Source: Moniliella sp. 'wahieum' (lineage: Eukaryota). Taken from it: a stretch of 64,000 bases of DNA. The notes beneath the pieces were generated by a model, which was given only the letters and a program-made list of their open reading frames with translations, ran no database searches and was not told the origin of the DNA. Both the position numbers and the translations under genes were made by a program. Below are positions 37,387 through 48,079 of this stretch, piece after piece; position 1 is the first letter of the stretch; each line of letters begins with the position of its first letter. The stretch is taken from the NCBI GenBank assembly GCA_003971905.1, contig RSEE01000066.1:310001-374000 (forward strand), written 5' to 3'.

Positions 37387-37887
37387 TTACGGCCGCCTTG
37401 CATCAAGCTGAGCGTGTTCCTTCAGTGATGGGCGGTGAGGGTCCAGAGTTCGACCAAAGGCAGTAGAGTCAAGGGGGGAGGAACGTGGCCTGGTCTTGTT
37501 GGCCTTTGGGCGGCGTGGAGGAGGCGGCAAGGAGCAACGGGCACGAAGTGCTGCCAGTTCCCGTTCGCATGGACGCAGAGGGTCCAACTCGCCGCCAAAC
37601 CTCCATGTCCTGGCAGGGGCGGGTGTAGCGGCGTGGAGCGATCCCGATGGGGAAACAGCCGCAGTCTGCTCCCGAGCGGTAACACGGTCAAGTTCGGTCC
37701 CGAATCGTCGAGGGACCGCTTGAGAGGTACTGGGAAGGACGAGAACCGAGTTGATGGACACGGTCTTTTCGTCCTCCTTGTCGCAGTCTTGCTCGTCTTT
37801 GTCCTCGGCAACGTAGGACACGAGCGTTGCATCGGTCCAGGTGCGAGTCAAGTCCAAGTCCGAGTGGGGGCTCGATGGCGAAGGCAT
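37387..37887 (-). CDS. Small hypothetical protein with three FGxxLD(P) motifs
   Basis: Uninterrupted 166-codon ORF MPSPSSPHSDLDL...; TATATATA element about 220 bp upstream on the same strand. Confidence 0.55.
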   Translation of the reverse strand: MPSPSSPHSDLDLTRTWTDATLVSYVAEDKDEQDCDKEDEKTVSINSVLVLPSTSQAVPRRFGTELDRVTAREQTAAVSPSGSLHAATPAPARTWRFGGELDPLRPCERELAALRARCSLPPPPRRPKANKTRPRSSPLDSTAFGRTLDPHRPSLKEHAQLDARRP

Positions 37888-39741
37888 GGGGGTCGAAGGC
37901 GCAAAGACAAAGAGAACGGAGCGCTTTGGAAAGGCGGCTGGTCCGGCACGGGGCAACGGTAGAGGGAGTTGTGCAGGGCATACTAGCTTGCAGCAGAGAG
38001 ACGATAAAAGGAGAAGCGTTGAGGATGCGCGCTAGGGCGGGTGTTGGATGTGATGAGTGTGGTGAAGGTGAGGTGTGGTGTGGATGTCAGTACGACCAGA
38101 GGAGAGTCTATATATATCCAACGAAATCATTTGTTGGATCTTGCTGCCCGCTCAGCAGCGTCTGGCGCGATAAAGTATAGCCTGGGTGCCTCAATCCATT
38201 TTGCGTCGGGGTTAGTAGGCAGGTGTCTGAGTGCATCAGCCCCCGCAGCGCGCACCAAGCAACGCAGCGTCACGCGTCACGAGCTTTCCATCTCACCTTC
38301 GGGTTGGTTGTTGACAGCTTACTTTGACGCGCCGCTGCCCCAGATGTCATGCATGCCGTGTTGGCAGGCGCCCCCACAACGCCCACGGCCGACCGACGAC
38401 AAGAGTCACGGTGACTCTGGAGAGTGGGGACGAGTGGCAGGGAGTGAGTGTGGTGAGTACACGGAGTGCGGAGTGGAGTTCGAGTACGGACATACTGACA
38501 CTGGAAGCTGGAAGCGCAAGCGCGTAGTCTAGTAGTGGAGGGAGGGACTGGTGCCGGGCGTGGGAGGCTGCCCTGTGGCGGGGGTTGCAGGCAGCGACTG
38601 CGCGTCGTAGCTGCGGAGCAGCACGCCGCGACTGCGCAGCCGCCCCTGCATCGAGCATCGGCGGCAGCTAGGGTTACCAGTAGCGAGTGACGCCACGCGT
38701 GACTCATCGAACTCATCGAAGCCATCGATCATCCACCCACACGTCACCGGCGAGCCATCTAGTCATCGAGCTACTACTCATCGAATCGACACCCTTGAGT
38801 CATCCCAAGTCAGCCTACGGTTGCCTTCACATCTGTTTACATTACCGAAGAGCTTGACGCTGGGCCAAGAAGCACTGCGCAGTCTGCTGACCGTCGACAG
38901 TCTAATCCTCTGCCGCCCGCCATTTGAGCTACCGCGGATGTGGCTCGTGTGTATCGGCCAACGTCCCTTCAAGCTCCAAGTCCCTCAGGCCTATACGCCT
39001 TACCGCGGCCTTTTTTCATAGATCCGATCGGATCTAAGATCTAAAGCTCGATGCTTTGCCCACCATGCAGCCTTAACAGAGCTGGCTCCCAAATAGAACC
39101 AAGTTACCGTCGTGGATCGGTCGAAGGGGTGGCCCGAGCGGGCATCGAAGAGGTCATCGACTCATCGGGCTGCAGTTGCCTCTCGATGCCCCGACGCTGC
39201 CACAGGCTGCTGTGAGATCCGCGCGTCGAGCTCGAGAAGGAGCCGAGGGCGGGGTCAGGCAGTTTATACAGACCTTACATTGAATCGCCCCCGTTGTTCT
39301 ACCACCCGGAGGGCGTTCTACGTTGAGAGCCCATTGATCCCCAGGCCATGTGAGAAGCAGAGTGTGTGCATGCCACCTCATCAACCAACACGGGGGACTG
39401 GCGCTCGCACTACGTTTGCACGTTGGCCGCCAAGAACATGGTAGAAGAAAGTGCAAAAAAGCAAGGGCACAGCGTGCAATTTAGATCATGCACTACCGTG
39501 TGGCGGTGAGTGCCCAAGGAAGAAGCTGTTGGGGGCAAAAGACAGCCACGGAGCGGGGACAGGCACAAGTGCACAGGCCAACGAAAACTGTCCAAGGGGG
39601 AATATGCACATCCAACATGGGGTTATACGGGCGGGGTTGGCAATCAATCCAAGAACCATATGAGAGAGTAGTACCAAAAGCAAGCGTAGGCAGCATGGAA
39701 AGATAGCACCCCCCCACCCTCACATCAGCCGAATGCGCCGG

Positions 39742-39776
39742 TGTCGTTGTCGTTGTCGTTGTCGTTATCGTTGTCG
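39742..39776. repeat. (TGTCGT)n microsatellite just downstream of SNX3
   Basis: About 6 units read directly. Confidence 0.85.
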
Positions 39777-39792
39777 GTGCCTGTCCACCCGC

Positions 39793-41214
39793 TCACAACC
39801 ACTGATTGCGGTCAAACCCAGGGTCCTGAAGGAAGGCACACAGAACCTTGGAACCCGTTTGCAGCAGAGGGTGCCCCGCTACTATTTGAATGAAGCGCTC
39901 CAGCCCTTCGCGGCGGGTCTCTACCACCTCTTCGCTAAACCGATTGGTAAACACCTTACCGGGAAGCGGGGGGATGTTGACCCGGGTGCTTTCGCGCTGA
40001 GAACATCGCGAAAGTATTCAAAGTCGCTGTAGCGGCGTCGGACGCTGCTGTATCGCATCTTGAACGCCGGAATGTTGGTCTACGCACCGACAGCAGAGGT
40101 CAGAACAGAACGCCCACAAGCAGGAGGAAAAACGGATGAAATCGCGTACCCTCGTAATGATCTCGTAATCGGTAAACTGCTTGCGGCCATACCCATGCGT
40201 CAACGCATTGCGTACCTCCACTTCCAAAAAGTTCTCCGGCACACTGTACATATCCTCCACGCTCTCCTTCTGCGTCGGCGTGCTGGACAGACGCGCAAAG
40301 GGAGATGAGTAGGCAGCGACGGAAGAGTTGTACTGGTATCACCCGGCAACGTTGTCTGCGACAGACCGCCTGCCGTCGCCGTCGATGCAAACGCTGCATA
40401 CGGCGCCGAATTGTGGCTGGCAAACGCACGGTGTGAAGCGCCCCCGGGCACAGCCGTCACCCCTGCTCGCGTCGCCGCCTTGGACGTAGCAGGAGGAATG
40501 TCCCGGTCTGGCTTGGCGTTGGGACCGTGCGAGGCGGCGTGGCCGCAGGGGCAGGCACAACAGGGGCTTGGCGAGGCGGGGAAGAGGGTCCGCTCGGTTG
40601 GGAGGCAGATGTCATCGCTCGTTGCACCGGAGCCCCCAGGCCATCCGAGTCCTGGGCTACACGCGCGGGGGGGAAGGATAGGAGTGGGCTAAGGACGAGG
40701 AGCGCACAGGGGACACTGGAGTATGCGGAGAGGTGGAGCCCCCCGCCCTGCTCAGCGCCGACTGAGACTTGGACTCGTACGGGGTAGGAATAGGGGCGGA
40801 AGGAGCAGGCGCAGGCGTGGTGGTCCAGGCATCGTCGGCCGTGGCAGGACCTTCTTCAAGATCATCGTCGGCCAGGTCGCCAACATGTTGCTGGAAGGCA
40901 ACCGAAGGCAGAATCGGTTTGAAAGGCGTAGTCTGGGCCGGGGGCGGAGCGGGGACCGACGCAGGCAGAGGCGACGCGTTCGAGCTAAATCCAAATCCAC
41001 CAGCCTCAGGATCGTCATCGTCATCGCTCGTGGGTGCGCCAAGCGAAAGGCTGGTGAGGCCCGTGGTGAGAGAGGGAGCGGGAGGAGAAAAGAGCTCAGC
41101 GGTGCTCGGCAGGGCAGAGGCCGAACCGAGGCCGAGAGTGGCACTGGACGCAGTGGGCGCGCCCCAGGGCGCATCGTCGTTTTCGTCGGGCTCAGACTGC
41201 CACACGGACGCCAT
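39793..41214 (-). CDS. SNX3: Sorting nexin 3 (PX domain) with a long N-terminal extension
   Basis: [78 protein letters not shown]; intron 40080..40149. Confidence 0.9.
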
Positions 41215-41876
41215 TGGCAAGGAGGAGGGGGGGGAGAAGGGGGAGGAGGGGGGCGGGGGGAGGCGGCGCCAGCGACCGATGGATGGTGTGGGATCAGCCG
41301 ATCGATCAGCTCCTGTCGGCTCGGTTTGAGTACCGAGTGTTGGGCGGGGGGCGCGTGGAGCAGCCAGAGCGGCTCGGGCTTATGTGCTTACCTACGCACA
41401 CCGAGGCGTCCGCTGCATTTGCCCCACCTCCTTTTCGGCCTCCCGGCGTGCGTGATTACAATGGGGCGGGCAAGGCGACGGTTGACACTGGCGCTGCCTT
41501 AGTATATACCCCCTGCTTTACACACCCAACACGGCGGCTTGCTTCCTCAGGCTGAGGAGGCCTGACCACAGCCAAAAATCATGTATGTGTGTCCTCTACG
41601 CCCGGGGGGTGGGTTCTGTGCAGGTGCGGGTGACAGTATATAGGCCACGACTCCATCAAACGGAGGGGTAGGAGAGGGCAGGTATTAATGAGCAGGCAAG
41701 TGGGGATGGGGGGGGGTTAAATGAAGCAAGGAAATGGATAACGTGTATGGGCCAGAGGACATGTGATGGAGACCGAATGCTAGAGAGTGGCAAGGGTGTG
41801 CTGGCGCTGGTAGTCTCTCAGCCAGGGGAGGGGGGGTGAGAGAAAAAGCGCAGTAGGTGGTACAGTGCGCACAACG

Positions 41877-44073
41877 TCATGAAACAAAAAAATGGTCCTT
41901 TTGGAAGTGAGGAAAGAGAGAGGAAACGCAAGTACCAAAACGGCAGGGCCGAGGCATGTCCATGGCATGTGCGAAAAAGAACGAGACAGAACAAAGATGT
42001 GGAAGGAGGCTTTCCTTCTCCAGCTTCTCCAGGCTGCGCAAGGTAGAAGAGCCAGGATGAGGGAACGGGAGCCAAAAGTTGCCGTCAAATTCCTGTTGGA
42101 GGTTGTCTACTTGGTACTCTTTTCCAAATTGGGCCCAGCCCGGCGCTTGCGGCGCCGGCACAAGAGACAAATGCTTACGGCAGTCACCGCGATCAGGAAC
42201 AACACGCCGCACGGAATGGCGACCGCAAGGGCAATGATGGCGCCCGTGGAAAGACCTTTGTGGGTCGACTTGAAGCCAGTGGTGGCGCTGAACGTAGGTG
42301 CTGGGCCGCTGCCGGAACCGCTGGGGTTGTCACCCCTCGGACGAGGTGACGGCCGCACAGCTGGTCTGGTTCACTACCGGGTTGCTGCCCAGGCGCGAAC
42401 CTAGGTTGGCCACCAGAGCCGAGCCATCAGGCACACTGATGCTCACCTTGCCCTGCGAATCGACTGCGACGGTTTGGAGAGTGGTGTTGACCAGGTCGGG
42501 CTGGGCGTTGGGCAGCGTTTCAAACGACATGCCGTTCCAGGTAGTGTTTTGCGTTGCGTCCGTACCGGGGGCAGTGAGGTGCGAAAGGTAAAACGTCTGG
42601 CCGGCCAGCGAAGGCAGAGTAAACGAAAAGGATGCGCTGTTGCCCGAGGGAGAGGAGATGTTGCTTGTCTGGGTATTGAGGAGAGCCAATCCCGTCAAGT
42701 CATTGCCAGTGTAGATCGCATAGGCGCCCAGACGGCCGGTGTACCCTGCGGGTGGGTTGGTGGCAATGGAGGCAACACGGGTGTTGCATTGCGCACCAAT
42801 CAACTGCGCAATCGCCGCATACGCATAGTAACACGATCGTGGGGAGGCGTGCCAAGAATGGAGATCGGCTGCCACGGCGCAGAGTAGGAAGTTTGGGTCG
42901 AGTGCAGCTGCACTGAACTCACCCCGACAGTGGCGGCATAGAGGAAAAAGTTGAAGGTCCACAGGGTGTTGGCAAACGTGTCGGAAATCCCCTTGATTCC
43001 CTCGGGGCCAATGGAGCCCATCTCACGCAGAAAGTAGGGCTTGCCAGTCACTTTGGCTTGGCTCGCCTGGCTCGCCCACTCAGTGAATTGAGATGCCGTA
43101 TTGTCCAAGTTCATGAGCCAGTCTGACGTGATGGCAAAAGGAGAGACGCCGATGTAGTACTGCCCCAGATATGGTCAGGCCATCAGTACTCAGTGGATAG
43201 AAAGAATAGCACGAGGCTCAGGGGAGGGGGGTACGAACAGTGTAGTCATGTTGATTCCAGCCAGAGATGTAGACACCGTTGCCGCTCGCCACCCCGTTGG
43301 TGTCCTGGACCAGGTTAGCAACGGTACGGGTGACCGTTTTGGTCGGCCGTGGTGGCGGTGGCTGCGACCTCGAAAAAGTCAGACGATTTGTTGCGGGGGG
43401 CAAGGACACGGGTGTTGATTGCCTGAACACGGGCGATCCATTCGGCTCCGTACTGGGACTCGGTGTAGCCAGCGGGACGGTATCCATTTACGACATAGAG
43501 GTCCGGTTCGTTGCCAACCTCAAATCCCGACACGGTCACGTTGTGGAGCATGTCGAGCGTCGCAGCTGCCTGCTCGACAATTCGGTCGATCGCATCGGAG
43601 CCATTGTAGGCCAAGTTGAGGCCAAATGTGATGGGGGTGCCCTTCGGAAGGCGGTCGAGCATGGTGAAGAGCTCTGGCCCGTAGTACCACGAGGCGGTGA
43701 CAGGAGCCGCGCCGCTGGTGTTGGTTACAAACGCATAGCCGCTAGCCTTGGGACTGTAGAGCATATTGTCGCCCGTGTTGCCACCGATGCGCAAGTGACT
43801 GGGCACGCCCGTAAGTTCCGCAGGTTGGCGAGACAGCCGTACGTGAGGGGGTTGACCTGGTCTGTGCCGGTAAATGCCTGGAGGTTGGTGGGCTCAATGC
43901 CCATACCAGCATAGGACGGCAAGAGTGTCTGCGAAAGCGTGTTGCCCGCATTGGACGCATTCAGGGCCGGGAGAGCGTGACGGTGGTGACGCGCTGCGGG
44001 CGACCTGGAGGCCGGCGGCGGCCAGGAGCCCAAGTGCCACGCGCGCCAGAGCAGAGCGCCGAGGGTGGCCCAT
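41877..44073 (-). CDS. Glycoside hydrolase family 79 (beta-glucuronidase-like) with C-terminal TM anchor
   Basis: Signal peptide; LRIGGNTGD, FGLNL, FEVGNEPDLY (acid/base Glu), YFLREMG (nucleophile Glu), GISDTFANTLW, TWNGMSFE; TM GAIIALAVAIPCGVLFLIAVTAVSICLLC-RRRKRR; intron 43160..43238; stop position uncertain. Confidence 0.88.
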
Positions 44074-45120
44074 GAGTGGCGCGTGCGGGGGCTGCGGTGT
44101 GGATGGCTGGGGGAGGGGAGAGGGGGGGGCGAACGGGCGGGAGGTGGTGGTGGTGGCGGTGGCTAGGCTGGGAGGCAGACAATGGTGGTGGGCTGAACGT
44201 GGCGAAAAGGCGGGAGGGCGCATGTGGGAACGGGGAACGTGACATGGGCGGGACATGTGACCTGTGACATGTGACAGCTGGATGTCCCGATGGTCGAAGC
44301 TGAAACAAAATGGCCAATGGACTGATTCGATTAATGGCCAGGGACGCGCCCCTCGCAGCGCTGGCTCTTCGGGTGCACCCAGCTCTAAAATGTCAGCTCC
44401 CAAACGCTCCATGCACGGGGGCTGTGCGACCCAACCCTACGGATCGACGATCGGCGGATCCACCTCGTCCATCGCGCACATCATGCATCACACATCATGC
44501 ATCGGCCTCGCTGTGCTGTGCCTTCACCCAGCTGGCCTTTCCGCCGGCTTCCTGCTCCCCGATGCAGGACAAGTGCTAAGCGACCAGCTGCTCCGTCTAC
44601 GCGTAAGGTTCTGCCCGTTGCTGCGTGGCCGCCGGTCTGACCGCACCTTGGCACATTGCCATTTCGATCCTATATACCGCTGGGAATACGATTGAGAGGG
44701 CCGAGCGTTCTGGTCGCTGTATACTGTGCCACGGACGGCATGGACTATCTAGTCTCGGCTTGACAAACTCGCAAGACCGCCAACGCGGAACCGTGGATAA
44801 TCGACACTACACAAGAGGGAATGGGAACTGAGGGGGTAGTGAGAGGAGGAGGTCAAAGGGAAAGGGAACGTGGAGAAGGAGAAGGGGAAGAAGAAAAGGA
44901 GGGGGGGATAAAACGAAGGCCTTCTGCCGCTGGAGGGGATGAAACTCATCCCATAACATGAGGCGAGGTGCCTTCCCCCCTCCCCCATTCCCCAGCGACG
45001 GAAAACGGGACAGAAACGAAACCGAACGAAACCGGACGTTGTTTTTTCAAGAACAAGATAAGAGTTCGCAGTGGGACCGGCCAAGACGACCAGGTGAGAC
45101 AGTGGGTGGGGTGGGGGTAC

Positions 45121-47041
45121 TCAATAAGCATACGCGTCCAATACATTGTCGTATGCCACGCTGGGGTGGGCAGGGCGGGCTGTGTCAGCGGTGTTGGTGG
45201 GAGCGCCGGCAGACACAGGAGTGCCAGCCGGATCTTCGACGACCCCCAGTAGCCTCCCTCGGCCACCGAGGCGCCAATGGGGTGGGGGGAGCGTACCGCT
45301 GCGCCCCGTCGCACCTGGCCCCAACTGGCCGGGAATCGTTCAAGCCGAGAGAGATGTGGGGGGCTCGGACGTGCCATGATGCGAGGCAAAGAAGGTTGGA
45401 TCGGTATGCATGCCAGCGTACGCCTGCCCGTCCAACGGAGGGCTGCCGGGCAGACTGGCAACCGGACTGTGCTCTGACGACTCGAACGCCTTGCCGACCG
45501 AGCCGAGCGGCGAAGCGTGGTCGTGGGATTGGGACGACGGGGTAGACCGGTCCTGGTCCGACACGGGGGCCAGGTCGTGCGCATAGCCCGCACCGTACAC
45601 GGTCGGTTAAAGCTATAGTCCTCCGCGCCAGTCTGGTCCGAACGACGGTTGGCGGTAGCGTCCCCGCCTTGCTCCTCCCGTGCGCCCGGTGTAGCATCAT
45701 CAGATTCGCCGTAAGGCACCCCCACACGGTCCAGGTGCGCATACGGGTCGGCTGTGCGGATCATTTCGTCCTGGGCATACGCAGGGGTCGGGGCAGTAGG
45801 ATATACGTATCCACCCGCCGGGACGACTGCCGCAGCTTCGGCCGGATAGTCTGGATGGAAGGGGGGCATGACAAAGCCAGAGGGAGCATGGGCATCCGCC
45901 ATTTCGGCCGGATGGGTATCCAGCAGATCGTCTTCGTCAAATCCGTCGGCAAGGAGGAACGGTGGGGATCCTTGTCAAACAGCATGGGTTCTTCTCGTGG
46001 CCGTGAAAAGCACTTGCGCCACAACAGATACAGCACGAGCAGCAGGGCCACTGCCCCACACACACCGCCAACTGCCGCACCAACAATCCCGCCCGTCGAC
46101 AGAGAATTGTGGTGAGAAGATGCCATATTGTGTTGGTGGGCGCCGTTGGGGCTGGCCGTTGCCCGAGCGGTGTCGGTAAGTGTTTGCTGCGACAGCATGG
46201 GCGCGGAGAAACTGGCCAGGGGGCCTGCAGTGATGTGAGTGTTAACGGAGGCGACAGGCGACAGGTTGGCCATGCTGGTAGTGGTGGCGGCTTGCTGTGT
46301 CGGTTGAGCCACGGCGTAAGAGTGGACGTAGGCGTGGACGTAGAGGATGATGGGCTGGCGGAGGAGACACTGAACTGGCCAGAGGAGCTTGACAGCCAAG
46401 ACGAGTACGCACTTGACGAGCCTACGGAGCCGGATGAGGAGGAGCCCAAGACGAGGAGACGGAGGACCAGGAGGAACTCGTAGGAGACGAGCTGCTGTAC
46501 GTTGATGACGTGCTAGAGCTTCTGTACGAGTCGCTTGACATGGTGGATGAGCCAGAAGAGTAGCCGCTACTGGAACGATGGCTGTACGGGTTGGATGAGG
46601 AAGAGTCTTGAACGAAGGAGGAGGCTGAACTATAGGAGTCAGATAGACGGCGGAGCTGCCGTAGGAGGAGCTGCCGTCGTAGCTTTTGGAGTTGGAGTTG
46701 GAGTTGGAGTTGGAGCCAGAGCCAGGGCCAGAGCCAGCGGACGACGCAGCAGAGGCGGAGGCATGGGACGAGCGAGATGGAGACGCACTGGGGGTGCGAC
46801 TGTCGTTTACGCTGCCATCTCCGTTGTTGGGGCCGTTGTTGGGGCCGTTGTTGTGGTGGGTGGAGGCGCCGTCGGGGCCAGAAGCAGAGCTAGCTGATGC
46901 GTCGTTGTCGTAGCCATCGCCATAGGCAGAAGAGAAGGTGTTGGAGTGGTGTTCGTTGGCGGCGCGTGCTAGGTGGGCGGGACGGGAAGAAGCAAACGCG
47001 TGGTGGCGGCGTGCAGCGTGGAGGGTGGGATGCACGGTCAT
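45121..47041 (-). CDS. Ser-rich single-pass membrane protein (mucin-like)
   Basis: S/G/N-rich ectodomain, TM GGIVGAAVGGVCGAVALLLVLYLLW-RK, acidic cytoplasmic tail ending DNVLDAYAY*; frameshifts. Confidence 0.7.
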
Positions 47042-48079
47042 GGCAGCACGCGTGCGGGCGGCAGGGCCAGCCTGGTGGGAAGGAGGGCGGGAAAAAAGAG
47101 TGTGGGGGATGGAGAGGTGCGGGGCGTGGGTGGGATTGGTGGTGGGGAGCTGAGAGCTGTGAGCGCTGAGCGTTGGCCAGGCGCGCGCTGAGGGGATGGG
47201 TGCGTGAGAGAGCGACCGAGTGAAGTTATTGTGAGAAGTGACTAGTGACTTGGGCAGGCCTACAGACTTGGTGACTTGAAGCCCGTCGCTAGTCACTAGT
47301 CACTCCAAGGAAGCATGGGGCCTGGGGCGTGAGCAACTGCAATTGAAAGTTGAAGGCGATGGAGGAACAATGGATGAGAGTGCTCCCGTGCCCTGTGCCG
47401 GGCAGTGCTATGCTGTGCTATGCAGTGCTGCGCATTGGGCTGCGCTGCTCGGTGCCGCTCTGCGTTGCTGTGCGTTGCTCTGCGATCGAGAAAGACGGGC
47501 GGCGGGCGTGGCGCGAGTCTACCTGCCGACTGGGATCTGCAATGCATGCGTCCGCACGGGGGAGCTGTCGCGCAATAGGGCCACCGACTCGGCTCTGGCC
47601 CAGCCGAGCAGACGCGATGTGCTCGGACCCAACAGCACCAACCACCAACCAGGTGCTGTGTCGTGCTGCAGACGGCGGCGAGCCCGTGTGTGTCGATCAT
47701 CATGCATCAACCATCGAACTCTTCAATTCAATCATGCACCAGCCGGCGGGGTTTGCAATCCTGCACCTGCTCGCTCGCCTCGTCCAAACGTTGGGCCATC
47801 GGCATGCGGTGCGTGTAGATGCGTTACGTAACAACCCATCGTTTTCAAAGTTGAATGCGGGCAGGGCACTCGCAACTAGCAACGCGCAACGCCCGATTGA
47901 ACGCACAGGGAAGGGACGCGTGCTTGCAATATTAACACCTCGGACGTCGGAGATGCCGCGTCGCGTCATGTGGCCCCGCTGCAGGCCATCCGCGACGCGC
48001 CGCTTATGACGTTGCGCCTACTGGCCTCCTTCCCATCCGCCTCCTCCTCGCCACCACGACGGGCGCAGTGTGGGCAGGC

